Numbered from the stretch's first letter, positions 40,330 to 54,012 are shown. The stretch is DNA of 64,000 nt from Octopus vulgaris (GCA_951406725.2 OX597824.1:7068001-7132000); one strand, 5' to 3'. Program-made: numbers and translations. Notes: generated from the sequence alone by a model not told the origin.

Positions 40330-40875
40330 ATTTGAGCATTGGGCCTCATGGAGGTAAAGTGCCTGAGTTCCTTCGAGTGTTGGGCCTCACAGAGGCAAAC
40401 ACCAAGACCTTTGGCATTATGTCATGCTTGAGAAGAGAACCCATCAAGCCGAGCAAAATCACAGTTGAGATAGATGCCAACATTGCGCAAATTGGCACCT
40501 GTACCAGTGATATGAAAAAAACGTCTGTTGCCCATGATGGCATGGGTTGGATGGTTTGACCTGGCCTGGCATGCTGGAAGGCTGCACCAGGCTTCAGTCT
40601 GATCTGACAAAGTTTCTACAGCTGGATGCCCTTCCTAATGCCAACCACTCAGAGAGTGTAATGGGTGCTTTTCTGTGCCAGCAGCATGGATGCCATTTGT
40701 GTGACACCAGTATCTGCCACGACTGTGTTTTTACTAGCCTTGATGGGTCTTCTTCTCAAGAATAGCATAATGCCAAATGTCTCGGTCATTTGTCATTACC
40801 TCCGCGAGGTCCAACACTCAAAGGTGCTTTTCACGTACCACCAGCATTGGCCACCTTGCCTCCATGAGGCCCAGA
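40330..40875. mobile_element. Two convergent RTE 3' fragments
   Basis: Plus 40330-40520 contains LRVLGLTEA; minus 40525-40875 has the family A end plus a GACCGAGACATTTGG (DRDIW) block. Confidence 0.7.
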
Positions 40876-40906
40876 CAGAAGATGGAAGATATGAGAATTT
40901 TTATTA

Positions 40907-41012
40907 ATCACTACGATTGTTTTAACCCACCTAGCATTGATTCCTCATGGGTGGGATACTTAACAACTGTTTCAGAAGCATCCAACGGTGTATATGTGTC
41001 TCTTCAGGTGAT
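40907..41012 (-). ncRNA. Degenerate PLE-type hammerhead region
   Basis: Minus strand: atcac CTGAAGA ... GAAAC AGTT GTT ... cccacc/ggtggg hairpin ... AAAAC AATC GTA gtgat ... AATAAA. Confidence 0.4.
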
Positions 41013-41944
41013 AAATAGTTCATGCTTTACCAGTAATCAACCAAGTATAAACCATTTGTTTTATTATCTAATATATATATATATAGTATTTTTTATAAAC
41101 AAACCCGAAAGGCTTTGCAAGTTACGGAGAGCAAGTTACTATGGAGTCTTTGTAGTATTCAGACAGTTTAAGTATATATTAATTAAATTTGACTGAAATT
41201 GATGGGTGAGTGTTTGGCCAATCAGATTCGCAAGGAGCCATGAAAGTGTCGATTTGTGGGTTCGATTCAGCCTGAAGTTAGCTCATCATTTTCCAGTCAT
41301 TTGTTTATATCTAAAAAGTTTCACTTTAAAATTGGAGATTAAATATCATTAAAATATATATTATATAGTTATTTATATATATATTGTTCAGGAAAATACT
41401 GTTTTGTAAATAGTTATAGTTTATAGAGGTCAAAAAAAGCTGTTATATAGCAGGACATGTATGTGAATATGTGTTTGTGTGTGTCTCAGTGTTGTGTTGT
41501 GTGAGTATGCCTGCACGTGCACAAAGACTCCATTCAGCCCTGAAGATTTAATTTGCTTATTAATGAACTAACAAGATAATAGACAAAAATCAATTTAGTT
41601 AGATTCTCTAATTTCCAAAGGGTTTTATTTATCCGTTTGTTATTTATTTATTTATATATTTATTTATTTATTTATTTATTTCCACCTGAGATATTCTAAC
41701 ACTCTGTAGCTAACTGAAGAATTCCAGTAATAAAAACATTATATAGCTATAGGGTTCGTTCTTATTGAATTAATCATCTCAATTATATTCTCCACCGAAA
41801 GTCGGAAGTGGTATATGTTTTGAATCTAAACAAGATTCCATTTTTCCTCTTTAGATACAAATTAATTGAAGCAGATAACTTTAATCTGTCTTTTATCTGT
41901 TGGAGTAGGAAGAAGGCAGGAACGCAGCCATGCCAATCAATTGT

Positions 41945-42160
41945 TATCATTTATTATTATCATCATTATTGCCTTTGCACAGCTTCTAACGCTGGAGATG
42001 TACTACAGTTTCACCTGTTCACTACCAGTGAACTAAGGTAACACCTCTTATTTCTCAAGCACCTTCCCGAGAATTCGAGCAGTTCCAAGCAGTGCTGTTT
42101 TCTCCAAGTGCTCCACCCTTATTGCAGCCCCTATTTGTTCCATGTACTACTCAAGATATT
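41945..42160 (-). mobile_element. R4/Dong LINE 3' end in (ATT)n
   Basis: YMEQIGAAIRVEHLEKTALLGTARILGKVLEK*, then a short UTR and AAT tail; a long ATT tract lies at 42160-42280. Confidence 0.8.
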
Positions 42161-42229
42161 ATCATTATTATTATTATCGCTAATAATAATAGCAATCATT
42201 ATTATTATTAATAATAATAATCATTATTA

Positions 42230-42266
<37 letters not shown>

Positions 42267-42908
42267 TATTATTATCAATATTTTAGTAATAAAGATTGGA
42301 CTAACTTTATTAATTTTTACAACCTTTTCTCATGCTAAGTTTGGACAGTGATTTTTTAGTTTGTTTCTAAATATTGTTTTTTCTTTATACAATTCTTCTT
42401 GTCTATAAAAACATTTCATGAACACCTGAGCAAGAATCGGCTTAACTTTATTTTGCATGTATGGCAAAACAATTCCCTTGCTTCACATTTGAGTAATTAA
42501 CACTAACGAAATACATGTAGTTGTAAAAAAAAAATAATAATAAAAACTACTACCAACTTGATAATAAAACCAAAACCAATACATATTAGAAACTTAATTA
42601 TTACTAACAAACTGATCTAAAAACCTAAACACTAAAAAAAATTTAAATCAAAATCTGAAGAAAATCCACTTTCTAACGCTCATCCAATTTGAAATGGTAA
42701 TCATGTTAAGACAACATCTCCAACAAGTGAAGCAGGAAGAGATTCTTTAGAATTTGTGTAAAATTGAAGAATTTCTTTTAATTAAAATTCAGTATTGGGA
42801 GTATGTCACCATTTTCACTCAACTCTTTTAAACACTCCCTCCATTCTTTCTTAAACTTCCAGCTTTTCACTTAACCACTCTTTATCTCATTTCCTAGATA
42901 TCTCTCTG

Positions 42909-42962
<54 letters not shown>

Positions 42963-45119
42963 TATCGCTCTCTAAAAATTCATGCAATTACTTGGTATAA
43001 TACATCATCCTATTGTCTTTATCTACTTGCATTTTTATGTCTTGGAAATTATTTCTGGCCATCAGGATAAACAAAAGACTGTTTAAATTATTATTTGTTT
43101 CTATCGCAAAAAGTAAACAGTGACACAGTTTTACCTGTCTTCCGTGTTTCAACTTTACCTTGCTAATTTGATTGGTTAAGAACACTGGTAAACCAATCCA
43201 AAGGAAGGCAATAAATAATTCTATTGCTGAACCGCACAGTGTCTAAGGAGAATTAACAGTGTCACCACATTTTTACCATTTTTCCTAGCTTCTTTCTCAA
43301 TTTATTTCTTATTGAATTATGATACATCAACATGTCTAAAAATTCTCACAGTCTATTCATCTCCCTAGAATATTTTCTGTATTTGTACGGTGTCAATAAC
43401 TAAATATTAGGTACCACTTTGCCTGAAAAACTAATTCTCTCAGAAGACTAATCTTTTATATTTGAAATTACGAAACCAAAATAGAAAAAGAAAGTGAAAG
43501 TGAAACCAAATCAAACATTCGCTTTTCCATTTTCTGCAAAAGTATTTGTTATAATTCAAATTGTTATAAACTCAGCGACAAGTTTATTAAAACCTACACA
43601 ACCAATATCTGAACAGACAGATTTTTGAATCCTCAATAAGATTTTTTTTTTTTTTTTACTTTTCTTTTTCGTTTTTCTTTTTTTTTTTTCTACGACTTTG
43701 TTCATCAATTTAATAAACTGACTAGAAATGTTCCACAGAGATGTTGCTGATGCTGTTATGACAGCATCATACGGCTGCAGTTTATTGGTCAATTTATAAT
43801 CTTAAACATGAAGAGAATTACTATGCTGCTTGTTGAAAAACTTACCAAAGTTCTATTCAAATGAAACACAACATAACATTGCCATATTAAAAGATACAGG
43901 AGAAAAAGTAACTTTGTTAGAATGAAATTCAAATTCCTGCAACTTCTTAACAAAATTTTACTGAATATGGAAATATTGATAATAAAGTTCTATTTTAACA
44001 AAAGCAATTCTAAGAAATATAGACTTATCTTTTCGAGTATTTATTCTGATAACTTTTCAATTTTTGCTTTTTTGTTAATTGCAGCAGTAGTCTTTAATTT
44101 TTAGTCTCAAAATGAGATACCTTTAGGATATATTTTTCAAATCTTTTCCAATGAATGATGATAATAGTATTTCAATGTACAATACTTTTATTTCCATCGT
44201 TTTAAATAGAAATCTATCAGCTTTTGTTGCATAAGTCTAAAATTTCATGATTCCTTTAAATATTCAATCTAACAATATGAATGCATACGAAATTACAATG
44301 AACAGAAGCCTGACCATTGAGTTCTAAAGAATTTTGACAATTCTAACTGATATCTCAATTCAACAAATTCTTCATTGTGATTACAAATTTCCTATGGGGG
44401 ATAAAAGCAGTCTGGTTTATCTCAAAGAGGTTCAAATTATTTGTTAAGCAAATTAACAAAAACCTTCAATTGACAGGTATCTTTAATTCTCAGTAATTCT
44501 CAATCATTTAATCCAACTTAAGATGGAAGATTGCTTAACTTAAAACTCGATTCAGATTTCTAGCTTTAACTCATTAATAAAAGAGTTGTTTTCTTCTAAA
44601 TTAGATTTAATTTTCACTTACTCCCATTCATTGACTTGTTTTAATGTCTGTTTCGGTTAGACGGGCACCATTCAAGTGTGATCGTTACCAGCATCGCCTT
44701 ACTGGCACATGTGCCAGTGGCATGTGTAAAAAGATTCAAGCGAGGCCGTTGCCAGTGCCGCCTGACTGGCCCCCATGCCGATGGCACGTAAAAAGCACCC
44801 ACTACACTCTCGGAGTGGTTGGCATTAGGAAGGGCATCCAGCTGTAGAAACTCTGCCAGATCAAGATTGGAGCCTGGTGCAGCCGTCTGGTTCGCCAGCC
44901 CTCAGTCAAAATCATCCAACCCATGCTAGCATGGAAAGCGGACGTTAGACGATGATGATGATGATCTGTCTAACACAGCGGGATGTCTTTCTTGTAGCAT
45001 CATTTAATAGTGAGATGCTCAGTAATTTACAAAGTGTAAACAAACACACATGTAAAATGGGCCTTGTGTGGTGTCTACCTGTGAAATTTACCCATGCAGC
45101 ATGGGCTATAGTAGAAGAC

Positions 45120-45531
45120 GGCAAGCTGGCAGAACTGTTAGCATGCTGGGCAAAATGCTTAGCGGTATTTCGTCTGCCGCTACGTTCTAAGTTCAAATTC
45201 CGCTGAGGTCAACTTTGCCTTTCATCCTTTCACGGTCCATAAATAAAGTACTACTTTCACACTGGGGTCGATATAATCGACTTTATCCGTTTGTCTGTCC
45301 TTGATTGTCCTCTCTGTGTTTAGCCCCTTGTGGGTAGTAAAGAAATAGGTATTTCGTCTGTCATTACGTTCCGAGTTCAAATTCCGCTGAGGTTGACTTT
45401 GCCTTTCATCCTTTCAGGGTCGATAAATTAAAGACCAGTTACGCACTGGGGTTGATACAATCGACTTAATCCGTTTGTCTGTCCTTGTTTGTCCCCTTTA
45501 CGTTTAGCCCCTCGTGGGCAGTAAAGAAAAA
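45120..45531 (+). mobile_element. Family C SINE partial-tandem dimer inserted in a family B SINE; 13-bp TSD
   Basis: The second unit restarts at GGTATTTCGTCTG (~45348); TSD TATAGTAGAAGAC at 45107-45119 and 45532-45544. Confidence 0.85.
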
Positions 45532-45666
45532 TATAGTAGAAGACACTTGCCGGAGATTCCACACAGTGGGACTGAACCTAAGACCACATGATTGTGAGGC
45601 AAACTTCCTAAGCACACAGCCATGCCAGCAACTAGTCTCTATTTATTTTGTGACACTGTTTATAGT

Positions 45667-46010
45667 CTGAGACCTGCCTTCGGTCATGACACAGACCATG
45701 GGATTGCACCTAGAATGTTACCCTCCCAGGTACAAGTCCAGGCAAGGTTGTTTATGGAAGACCAGCAGTTGCCCATGCATACTGGCCTCCCCTCTCCATG
45801 CCACCAATGGTATCCAAGGGAAAGGCAAAGGGGCTGATACAGCTTGGCACCAGTGACATCACAACTCATTTCTACAGCTGAGTGAACTGGAACAACGTGA
45901 AATAAAGTGTCTTACTCAAGAACACAACGCACAGCCTGGTCCAGGATTCAAGCTCACAACCTCATGATCGTAAGCCGGACGCTCTGACCACTGAGCCATG
46001 CGCCTTCACG
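45667..46010 (-). mobile_element. tRNA-derived SINE, family E; 12-bp TSD
   Basis: Head GTGAAGGCGCATGGCTCAGTGGTCAGAGCG...GCTTGAATCC; TSD ACTGTTTATAGT at 45655-45666 and 46011-46022. Confidence 0.85.
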
Positions 46011-47682
46011 ACTGTTTATAGTAGTCAGAGATAATTGAAAATTGACCAACTGTACGTCTTTTCTTTCATTCTCATAAATGATTTGCAAAGTTTATCTTCT
46101 CTAAAATTTACAACCAGCAGATTTCCCTGTTGTCATCCTTCAATCATAACACACTGAAGAATTTTTCAATGCAATTCCATTACAAGAGAATTTCTTTATC
46201 GACCAGTTCAAATCAATTATGCACAATTGAAACTTTCCAATAAAAAAACTGCCCTGACTACAGTTTACTGAAAAGAAACTCTACACATACAACAAATCTA
46301 TGTGTGAGACAAACGGTTATAATACGATACAAAGTGTATGGTTGATTGATTGAATATTCAATGAAATTTTACAAAATTTTTATCTTGTTTTATTTATTTT
46401 ATATATTTTTGTTACCCAATTGTTAATCTCATCTCCACTTAAAATACAAAAAAAAAGAAGATGGGCAAAATGTGAATTGATGAAAAATTGACATAAAAAG
46501 AAAGACGGAGAACAGAAGTGGATATCTAAATTTGAACATGATCTATATTTAAGTAGGGGTGGCCAGTACTTCTCTGCTGAATGAATCAAATTTAGGATGA
46601 AAAATAAAATTCAATAAATAGTTGAGTTTTATTTTGTTTATTTTCTTGGGTTTTTTTTTTGGGTTTTTTTTTTTCAAAATTCTAATTCAAAGCAATCACA
46701 ATAAGTATAAATAAAGATTTAAAGAGTTATATCTATTCATATCAAATGTATAATGAAACAAAATATTCAGATTATCATCATCGTTTAACGTCCGCTTTCC
46801 ATGCTAGCATGGGTTGGACGGTTCAACTGGGGTCTGGGAAGCCAAAAGGCTGCGCCAGGTTCAATCTGATCTGGCAAAGTTTCTACAGCTGGATGCCCTT
46901 CCTTACACCAACCACTCTGAGAGTGTATTGGGTGCTTTTACGTGCCACCGCCACGAGGGCCAGTCAGGTGGTTCTGGCAATGACCATGCTCAAAAGGTGT
47001 TCTTTACATGCTGCCTGCACAGGATCCAGTTCAGCGGCACTAGCAATGACCACGCTCGAATGTTGTTTTTCAAGTGCTACCAGCACATGTGCCAGTAAGG
47101 CGACGCTAGCAATAATCACATTCAAATGGTGCTTTTCACGTGAGAGGCACTAGATGAACGTAGAGGTAAAGTTAAAGAAAGGTAACATGTCTGAACTCAA
47201 AATAATAGGTGTTTCAGGTAACACCCAATATGTGTGGTGGGTGATACGTTATACAACAGATTTATCGATTCAATACCAAATCAGGTTACTCAAAGTGATA
47301 TTAATGATAATCTTCAGAATAATGACATGAGAAAAAATACCTTAACAACAAAAACAAAATATAGCTATACATTTTAATTATCATAGGTCATTGATAATTT
47401 TCTCCGCTGTTCTCAACTCTGGGTTGTAAGGCCTCCCTCTGCCAGGTCTTGTTGGTTTTTTAACTGTTATCAATGTAACTGATTTTTTTTTTTTTTGTTT
47501 TGTGTTTTTATAGGCCCTATGCAAACCCATTTTTACCTCTGAGGAGAGGTGGTTTATATTTGTCTGGTCACTATCCTTAATAGATCATATGATCATATTG
47601 ACACAAGTAATTAATTTTCCGACAGAAAATAATCGTATTAATCTATATTTGTCGAACTACTAAATTATGAGACAAGCAAAGA

Positions 47683-48003
47683 AGACCCTATGTTTGGCAA
47701 TAGGACTCTTCACCATGCCACACAAGCAGGAGAACCCAATCATGGCTGTCAGAGAATTTCTGCAACCACATCACCCCTAACATCTGGCCACCTAACTCCC
47801 CAGACTGCAACCCCCTTCTTTATTATGTGTGGGGTGTAGTTGAGCAAGAGACCAACAAAACTCCTTGTAACACTAAAGATGAACTGAAGGCAAGGATTAT
47901 GGCAGCATTCACCAACTTAAACAAGGAGACTGTCCAGAAGAGTTGCAGGAGATTCCGAAGTCATCTAGAGGCCATGGTTGAAACCAATGGCGATTGTATA
48001 TAA
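47683..48003 (+). pseudogene. Tc1/mariner DD37D (maT-type) transposase C-terminal relic
   Basis: YVWQ*DSSPCHTS...WPPNSPDCNPL(L)YYVWGVVEQETNK...LEAMVETNGD. There are 37 residues between the second Asp and the mutated third position, plus an in-frame stop. Confidence 0.85.
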
Positions 48004-48203
48004 TAAATTTACTCTATACTCAAGATATTTTTATGTAATTTTGGTAAATATTGTATATCTGTTAAAATGGGCTGTCTGTGTTTTTATTGACTGCAATATA
48101 TATATATATATATATATATGCTTTATTTAAAGCATATTACTCTACCACTGGTATTTGAGTACTCTTTTCTTCCACCTTGTTTCACATTTATCTGTTTACT
48201 CCG

Positions 48204-48952
48204 GTATATATATATCATCATCATCATCATCATCATCGTTTAGCGTCCGCTTTCCATGCTAGCATGGGTTGGACGGGTCAACTGGGGTCTGTGAAGCTGG
48301 AAGGCTTCGTCAGGCCCAGTCAGATCTGGCAGTGTTTCTACGGCTGGATGCCCTTCCTAACGCCAACGTATATATATATATATATATATATTCATCATCA
48401 TCATCATCATCGTTTAGCGTCCGCTTTCCATGCTAGCATGGGTTGGACGGGTCAACTGGGGTCTGTGAAGCTGGAAGGCTTCGTCAGGCCCAGTCAGATC
48501 TGGCAGTGTTTCTACGGCTGGATGCCCTTCCTAACGCCAACCACTCCGCGAGTGTAGTGGGTGTTTTTTACGTGCCACCTGCACAGGTGCCAGACAGAGC
48601 TGGCGAACGGCCACGAACGGATGGTGCTTTTACGTGTCACCGGCACGAGGCCAGGCGATGCTGGCAATGGACACGAACGGATGGTGCTTTTACGTGCCAC
48701 CGACACGGGGCCAGACAGAGCTGGCAACCGGCCACGAACGGACGGTGCTTTTACGTGTCACCAGCACGGGGTCCAGCCGAGGCTGGCGACGGACGCGAAC
48801 GGATGGTGCTTTTACGTGCCACCGACACGGTTGCCAGACAGAGCTGGCAACCGGCCACGAACGGACGGTGCTTTTACGTGTCACCGGCACGGGGGCCAGC
48901 CGAGGCTGGCAACGGACACGGACGGATGGTGCTTTTACGTGCCACCGACACA
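48204..48952 (-). mobile_element. Young RTE 3'UTR with duplicated 3' end and ~61-bp minisatellite
   Basis: The ~155-bp terminal block is present twice (48214-48367 and from ~48392); about 6.5 CpG-rich units span 48560-48952. Confidence 0.9.
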
Positions 48953-49109
48953 GGCGCAGGAGTGGCTGTGTGATAAGCAGCTTGCTAACCAACAACATGA
49001 TTCCGGGTTCAGTCCCACTGCGTGGCACCTTAGGCAAGTGTCTTCTACTATAGCCTCAGGCTGACCAAAGCCTTGTGAGCGGATTTGGTAAACAGAAACT
49101 GAAAGAAGC

Positions 49110-49148
<39 letters not shown>

Positions 49149-50069
49149 GCATACACAATAGGCTTTCTTCAGTCTCTATTAACACATCCACTCAAAAGAC
49201 TAAGGTCAGCCCAGAGTTATAGCAGAAGATTCTTGCTCAAAGTGTCATGCCAGTGGGATTGAACCTAGAACCATGTGGTTGGGAATCAAACTTCTTATCA
49301 CACGGCCTGTGCCTAAGCTTTTCTATCGTATAAATATTTCCTAGTAAATGTGTATGATTTAATAATTTAGGTTGTAGTGCATTTTCATGAAATGACAGAA
49401 ACCAGATAGAAATTTTTATCCCCATAGCTGAATATGAATAATGTTTTAGTAGATCAGTCTGTTTAATATCCAAGTGCCTTTCACAAGTTAATAATAAATT
49501 TCCAAATACGGGTTGCTGTCTTCATAAGATAATTAACCATTGGGTATTTCTTTATGAAAATCAAAATTCAATTTCGAAATCACTACTGAAAATAAAGATT
49601 TCTGGTATCAAATTTAATTTCATAAAGTTTGATTAAATTTTGCCAGGAAAACTCTTTGTCGACATTTGTTCAAAAACATGATGATAAAATTACTTTTAAA
49701 TCATTAAAAGGATAATTATATAAAGATATTTAAGATTAATAATTTAAACCTTAAAATTTGGTGTGATAATATATATATAAATATACATATATACACATAT
49801 ATACATATATCCTTTGTAAGCATGGCACTTATTCTATCAGTCCTGCCTTCACCTTGCTTAATTATATAATGGCTTTTCAGCACCACAGACACATTTCTAT
49901 TTGTTGATTTTCCTCCAATTTCTGAACGTCTATATATACATTAAACTACGGTTTACCTTTACAAATTTTCTGCTGCCGTATACCTCATACCAAGGACAAT
50001 ACTTACTGAGGTAATTACCAGAAGTACCTCTGGATGCTTCTATCCCTTAGAGGGCTTAACACCTCTAAC

Positions 50070-50128
<59 letters not shown>

Positions 50129-52275
50129 ATATAATAAGAGTAAATAATATCTTTAATGGTTTGTAAAAAAAACAACAATTATTTACTGGTAGATTTCGGC
50201 ATGTAAATATAACCATTAAGGGTAGGAACTTCTATAAAAGTTCAATATATATTTTTGTATATGTGAATTATAGGAATATGTCGTATGTGGAGTCTCACTT
50301 GTAGAAAATAGAAATAAACAGTCTTTGACTGCTATTTCTAATTTTTTCGGTATGTGGTTAAGCAACCTGTTGCCTGCCTCTTTTATTTATATACAATATA
50401 TGTGTGTGTGTGTGTGTGTGTGAATAGATAGATAATGCACACATATATAAAACATTTATATATGTACTTTACATACATGCACAGTAACTATGTGTGTGTT
50501 TGTGTGGGGTGTGTGTGTGTGTGTATTTCTACATATATATTGCATTAAGCATGAGCTTTTACTTTCTCTGTATCTTTGCATGACACTGCTTTGAGCATTG
50601 AGCTTGTTGTGCCCATGCCTTCTACAAGCAGTACATCCTAAATATCACTGATTTTGACATGTGAAGGTCAGTGGAACTAAAATACTCCCTTCTACAAACA
50701 GGCAAGGGTGCCAAGCTGTTGAACATTGTCTCAACAGGTAGTCCTCCAACCCATGCCAGCATGGAAGAAATAATGAAGGAAACGACAACAACAATAACGA
50801 AGATGATGTTTACATTTGGTAGATTGGTTTGCCATTGTATGCCCCCCTCTGATTAAACCCCTGTTATGCTTCATTAATGCAACCCCACACCCAGTGATGT
50901 ACAGGGGTTTGTATATTCAGCCAGCAGGGGCTGTTAGGATGGGATATCACATGGAGGTAAAGACACAAAAGAGATTAGAGGAGTGAAGAAAACCTGGTTA
51001 ACAGCGCTTAGCACAAGAGCAACCCTTGGGACTGTTAACCCGAGAGAGGTGATATCACTGCACTTGGCTGCAACCTTTTGCATTTAGTGGTGTTGAGAGG
51101 CAGTAACTATGGAAGTGTTTACATTTAATTTGTTGGAATTGGCAAGCAGCCATATTAAGTGAATTGAGGAGGTGGAAACACTGCTACGTAGTTCGGAGTT
51201 TAGCAAACAATAGTTGACAATAAATATTAAAAGTTTACAAACGTTTGTACATCAACAGTCTTCGAACACACTCGCATACGGACACAGAAATGCTCGTAGA
51301 AAGAGAATACGTGTGGGTGTTTGTGAAGGTGTTTTTAATATGTCTGTGTCGATGTGCGCGCGTGTGTGTGTGTGAGAAAGAGAGAGAGAGAAAGGAAGGA
51401 AAGAAGGAAGGAAGAAAGAGTGCTTCTGTGCGTAAATGTGTAGTGGTAAGAGTATTTGAAAGATATAACAAAAATATTTGCTTATAACATTCGCCCAACT
51501 TTACGATAGCAATGTGACCGAAAAAAAACAAAAAAAAAAAACAAAAATAAATAAATAAATAAAAATAAAATTACCAACAGAAAATTTTAAAAAATACGAC
51601 TAAAAGCTGCACAAATTTTTGACAACGAAACAAAACAAAACAAAAAAAAACACACACAACAAAAAGAAGCGAAACAAAGTCTATTTAACACCTCTATCAT
51701 TTCTATTGATTTCTTCATTGAACACTCTAATGAGATAAATATGAAATAAAATTCCTGTTTACCCACCACCAAACAAAACGTTTCCCCCACTGACCTTATC
51801 TTACAAAATGAATAACAGAGAATTCAACACCACCCCCCAGCCTTCCACCCCCCAAAAAAGAGAGAGAGAGAGAGAAAAAAAAGATATCAAGCTACAACAA
51901 TAATCTACAAGTGAAAATAGTCAAGTGGCTTTGCTGGTGGGCCATAATGTCTTATCACATAAGAGTGGTGGCCATCATATATTATTATACATAATAATAT
52001 TATCAACCAGAGTTTTAGTGAAATTCAAAGTAAATTTTCAAAGCAAACAGCAGGAATGTACATACATTTAATTTCAAAATATATCTGCCCCTTGTGCTCT
52101 CAACAAGGATCGTAAATTTACAAGTGTGTATACGCATGTATGTCAGCATAGGTATATATATATATATATATATGTGATTAATAATATCAAAGGGTAATCT
52201 GAAATATTAGAAATTTCCATTACAAGTGGCCTAGTGTGTAAAAATTTAGTCAATAGACTATATATTATTCATATA

Positions 52276-52541
52276 AATACAGTGTACATTTAAGCACATA
52301 AGAGGTAGCCATCATAGGACTACTTGCACGCTAGAGAGGACAGTTAAATTCCAAACCAATATTAGGGATAAAATATCAAAGGGAATGAAAAATAAAAAAT
52401 AAAAATGGATGGTAAATGTTTTAATTTTTCACTCTCTTTGATATTTTATCCCTAATTAGTGGTTTGGAATTTCACTGTCCTCTCTAGCATGCATGTACCC
52501 TATGATGGCTACCTCTTATGTGCTTAAAGGTACACTGTATT
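52276..52541. repeat. Long inverted repeat with ~123-bp arms
   Basis: 52276-52398 is the near reverse complement of 52418-52541. Confidence 0.9.
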
Positions 52542-53269
52542 ACGTAAAAAGCACCATTTCAGCGTGTATATTACCAGCGTCGCCTTACTGGCACTTGTGC
52601 CAGTTGAACATGAAAAACATTCAGGTGATCTCGTTGCCAGTGCCGCTGGACTGCTTCCTGTGCAGGTGGCACGTAAAACACACCATTTAAGCATGGCCGT
52701 TACCAGTACCGCCTGTGGAAAGTAAAAGCACCCACTACACTCTCACAGTGGTTGGCATTAAGAAGAGCATCCAGCTGTAGAAACTCTGCCAGATCAGATT
52801 GGAGCCTGGTGCAGCCATCTGGTTCGCCAGACCTCAGTCAAATTGTCTAACCCATGCTAGCATGGAAAGCGGACGTTAAATGATGATGATGATCATCATA
52901 TATATATATATATATATACTTTTGGTGTGAATGGTTTTGTTAAACGGCGCTGGGTTTTACAATACTGTAAATAATAATAATGGTATTTATATAAGTCTAA
53001 AGCTTATAGCAATTACCGTGCAATGACTAAGAAAAATAGTCAAATAAAGGGGAATATAAGTAGCAACATATGCATTTATGAATGTGTGTGATGTATATAT
53101 GCTGTTTGTGTACGTGTGTGTGTGTGTGTGTGTGTGCGTGCACATGTGCATGTTGCAATCTAAATTCCATGATATATGACCAATATTTAGGGCGCCATGT
53201 GGAGGTGCATGGCTTAATAGTTAGGGTGTTGGACTTATGATTGTAGGATTGTGGCTTCGATTCCTGGTG

Positions 53270-53541
53270 AGAAATGAAGAAAAAAGAGAAAGAGAGGGAG
53301 AGACAGACAGAGAAAGAGAGAGAGAGAAATGGAGAGAAGAGAAAGAGAGGGAGAGAATAGAGAGGGGGAGAGATAAAAGAAAAGAAGAGAAAGAGAGGGA
53401 GAGATTAGAGAGAGGGAGAGAGAAAGGAAGAGAGGAAAAGAGAGAGAGGGTGATGGAGAGAGACAAAGGAAGAGAGAGAAAGAGAGAGGGGGAGAGGAAA
53501 AGAAAGAGAGGATAAGTAAGAGAAAGAGGAATAGAAAGAAA
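53270..53541. repeat. GA-rich polypurine tract, preceded by a truncated tRNA-SINE head at 53200-53268
   Basis: Seen directly. Confidence 0.9.
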
Positions 53542-54012
53542 GGTTGAAAGAATCCCCTTGCTGTCCGCAGAGCTGAGAGTTTCTTCAGCTTTGTCCATCC
53601 TATTTCCAACTCAAGCCACTCAACTCTTGACCGATTCCGTACTTTATTCCACAAGACATCTCTAACTGCCATTGACTTTTAGTCTGTATTGTGCAATTAA
53701 AAAAAAAAAAAAAGCTCTGACAGTTAACGTACAAAATATATAAATAAATATATTCAGTTCATGTTGCGAGAGTAATTAATCAAAATATACAAAACGAATT
53801 TCTCTTTGAGATATCAAAATCTTAAATTTCCAATATATTGATTTGTCATTAAATAAATTAATAATTGCTACATTTATTGTTCCAATTCATCAGGTGTCAT
53901 AAATATACAGATATATATATATAAATATATATTACTTTCAATCTCTGCTCTCTGCATACAACAATTAATATTTTTACAACTACAATTACTAGCAGCAGCA
54001 GCAGCAGTACTG

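Noticed and set aside
43690-43790. LWNIS peptide resembling a MON2 motif
   Set aside because: It is in the wrong order relative to the real exon, the flanks do not match, and it runs into a homopolymer tract.
48560-48952. CRISPR-like repeat-spacer appearance
   Set aside because: The intervening segments are homologous, there are no cas genes, and the context is a eukaryotic retroposon.
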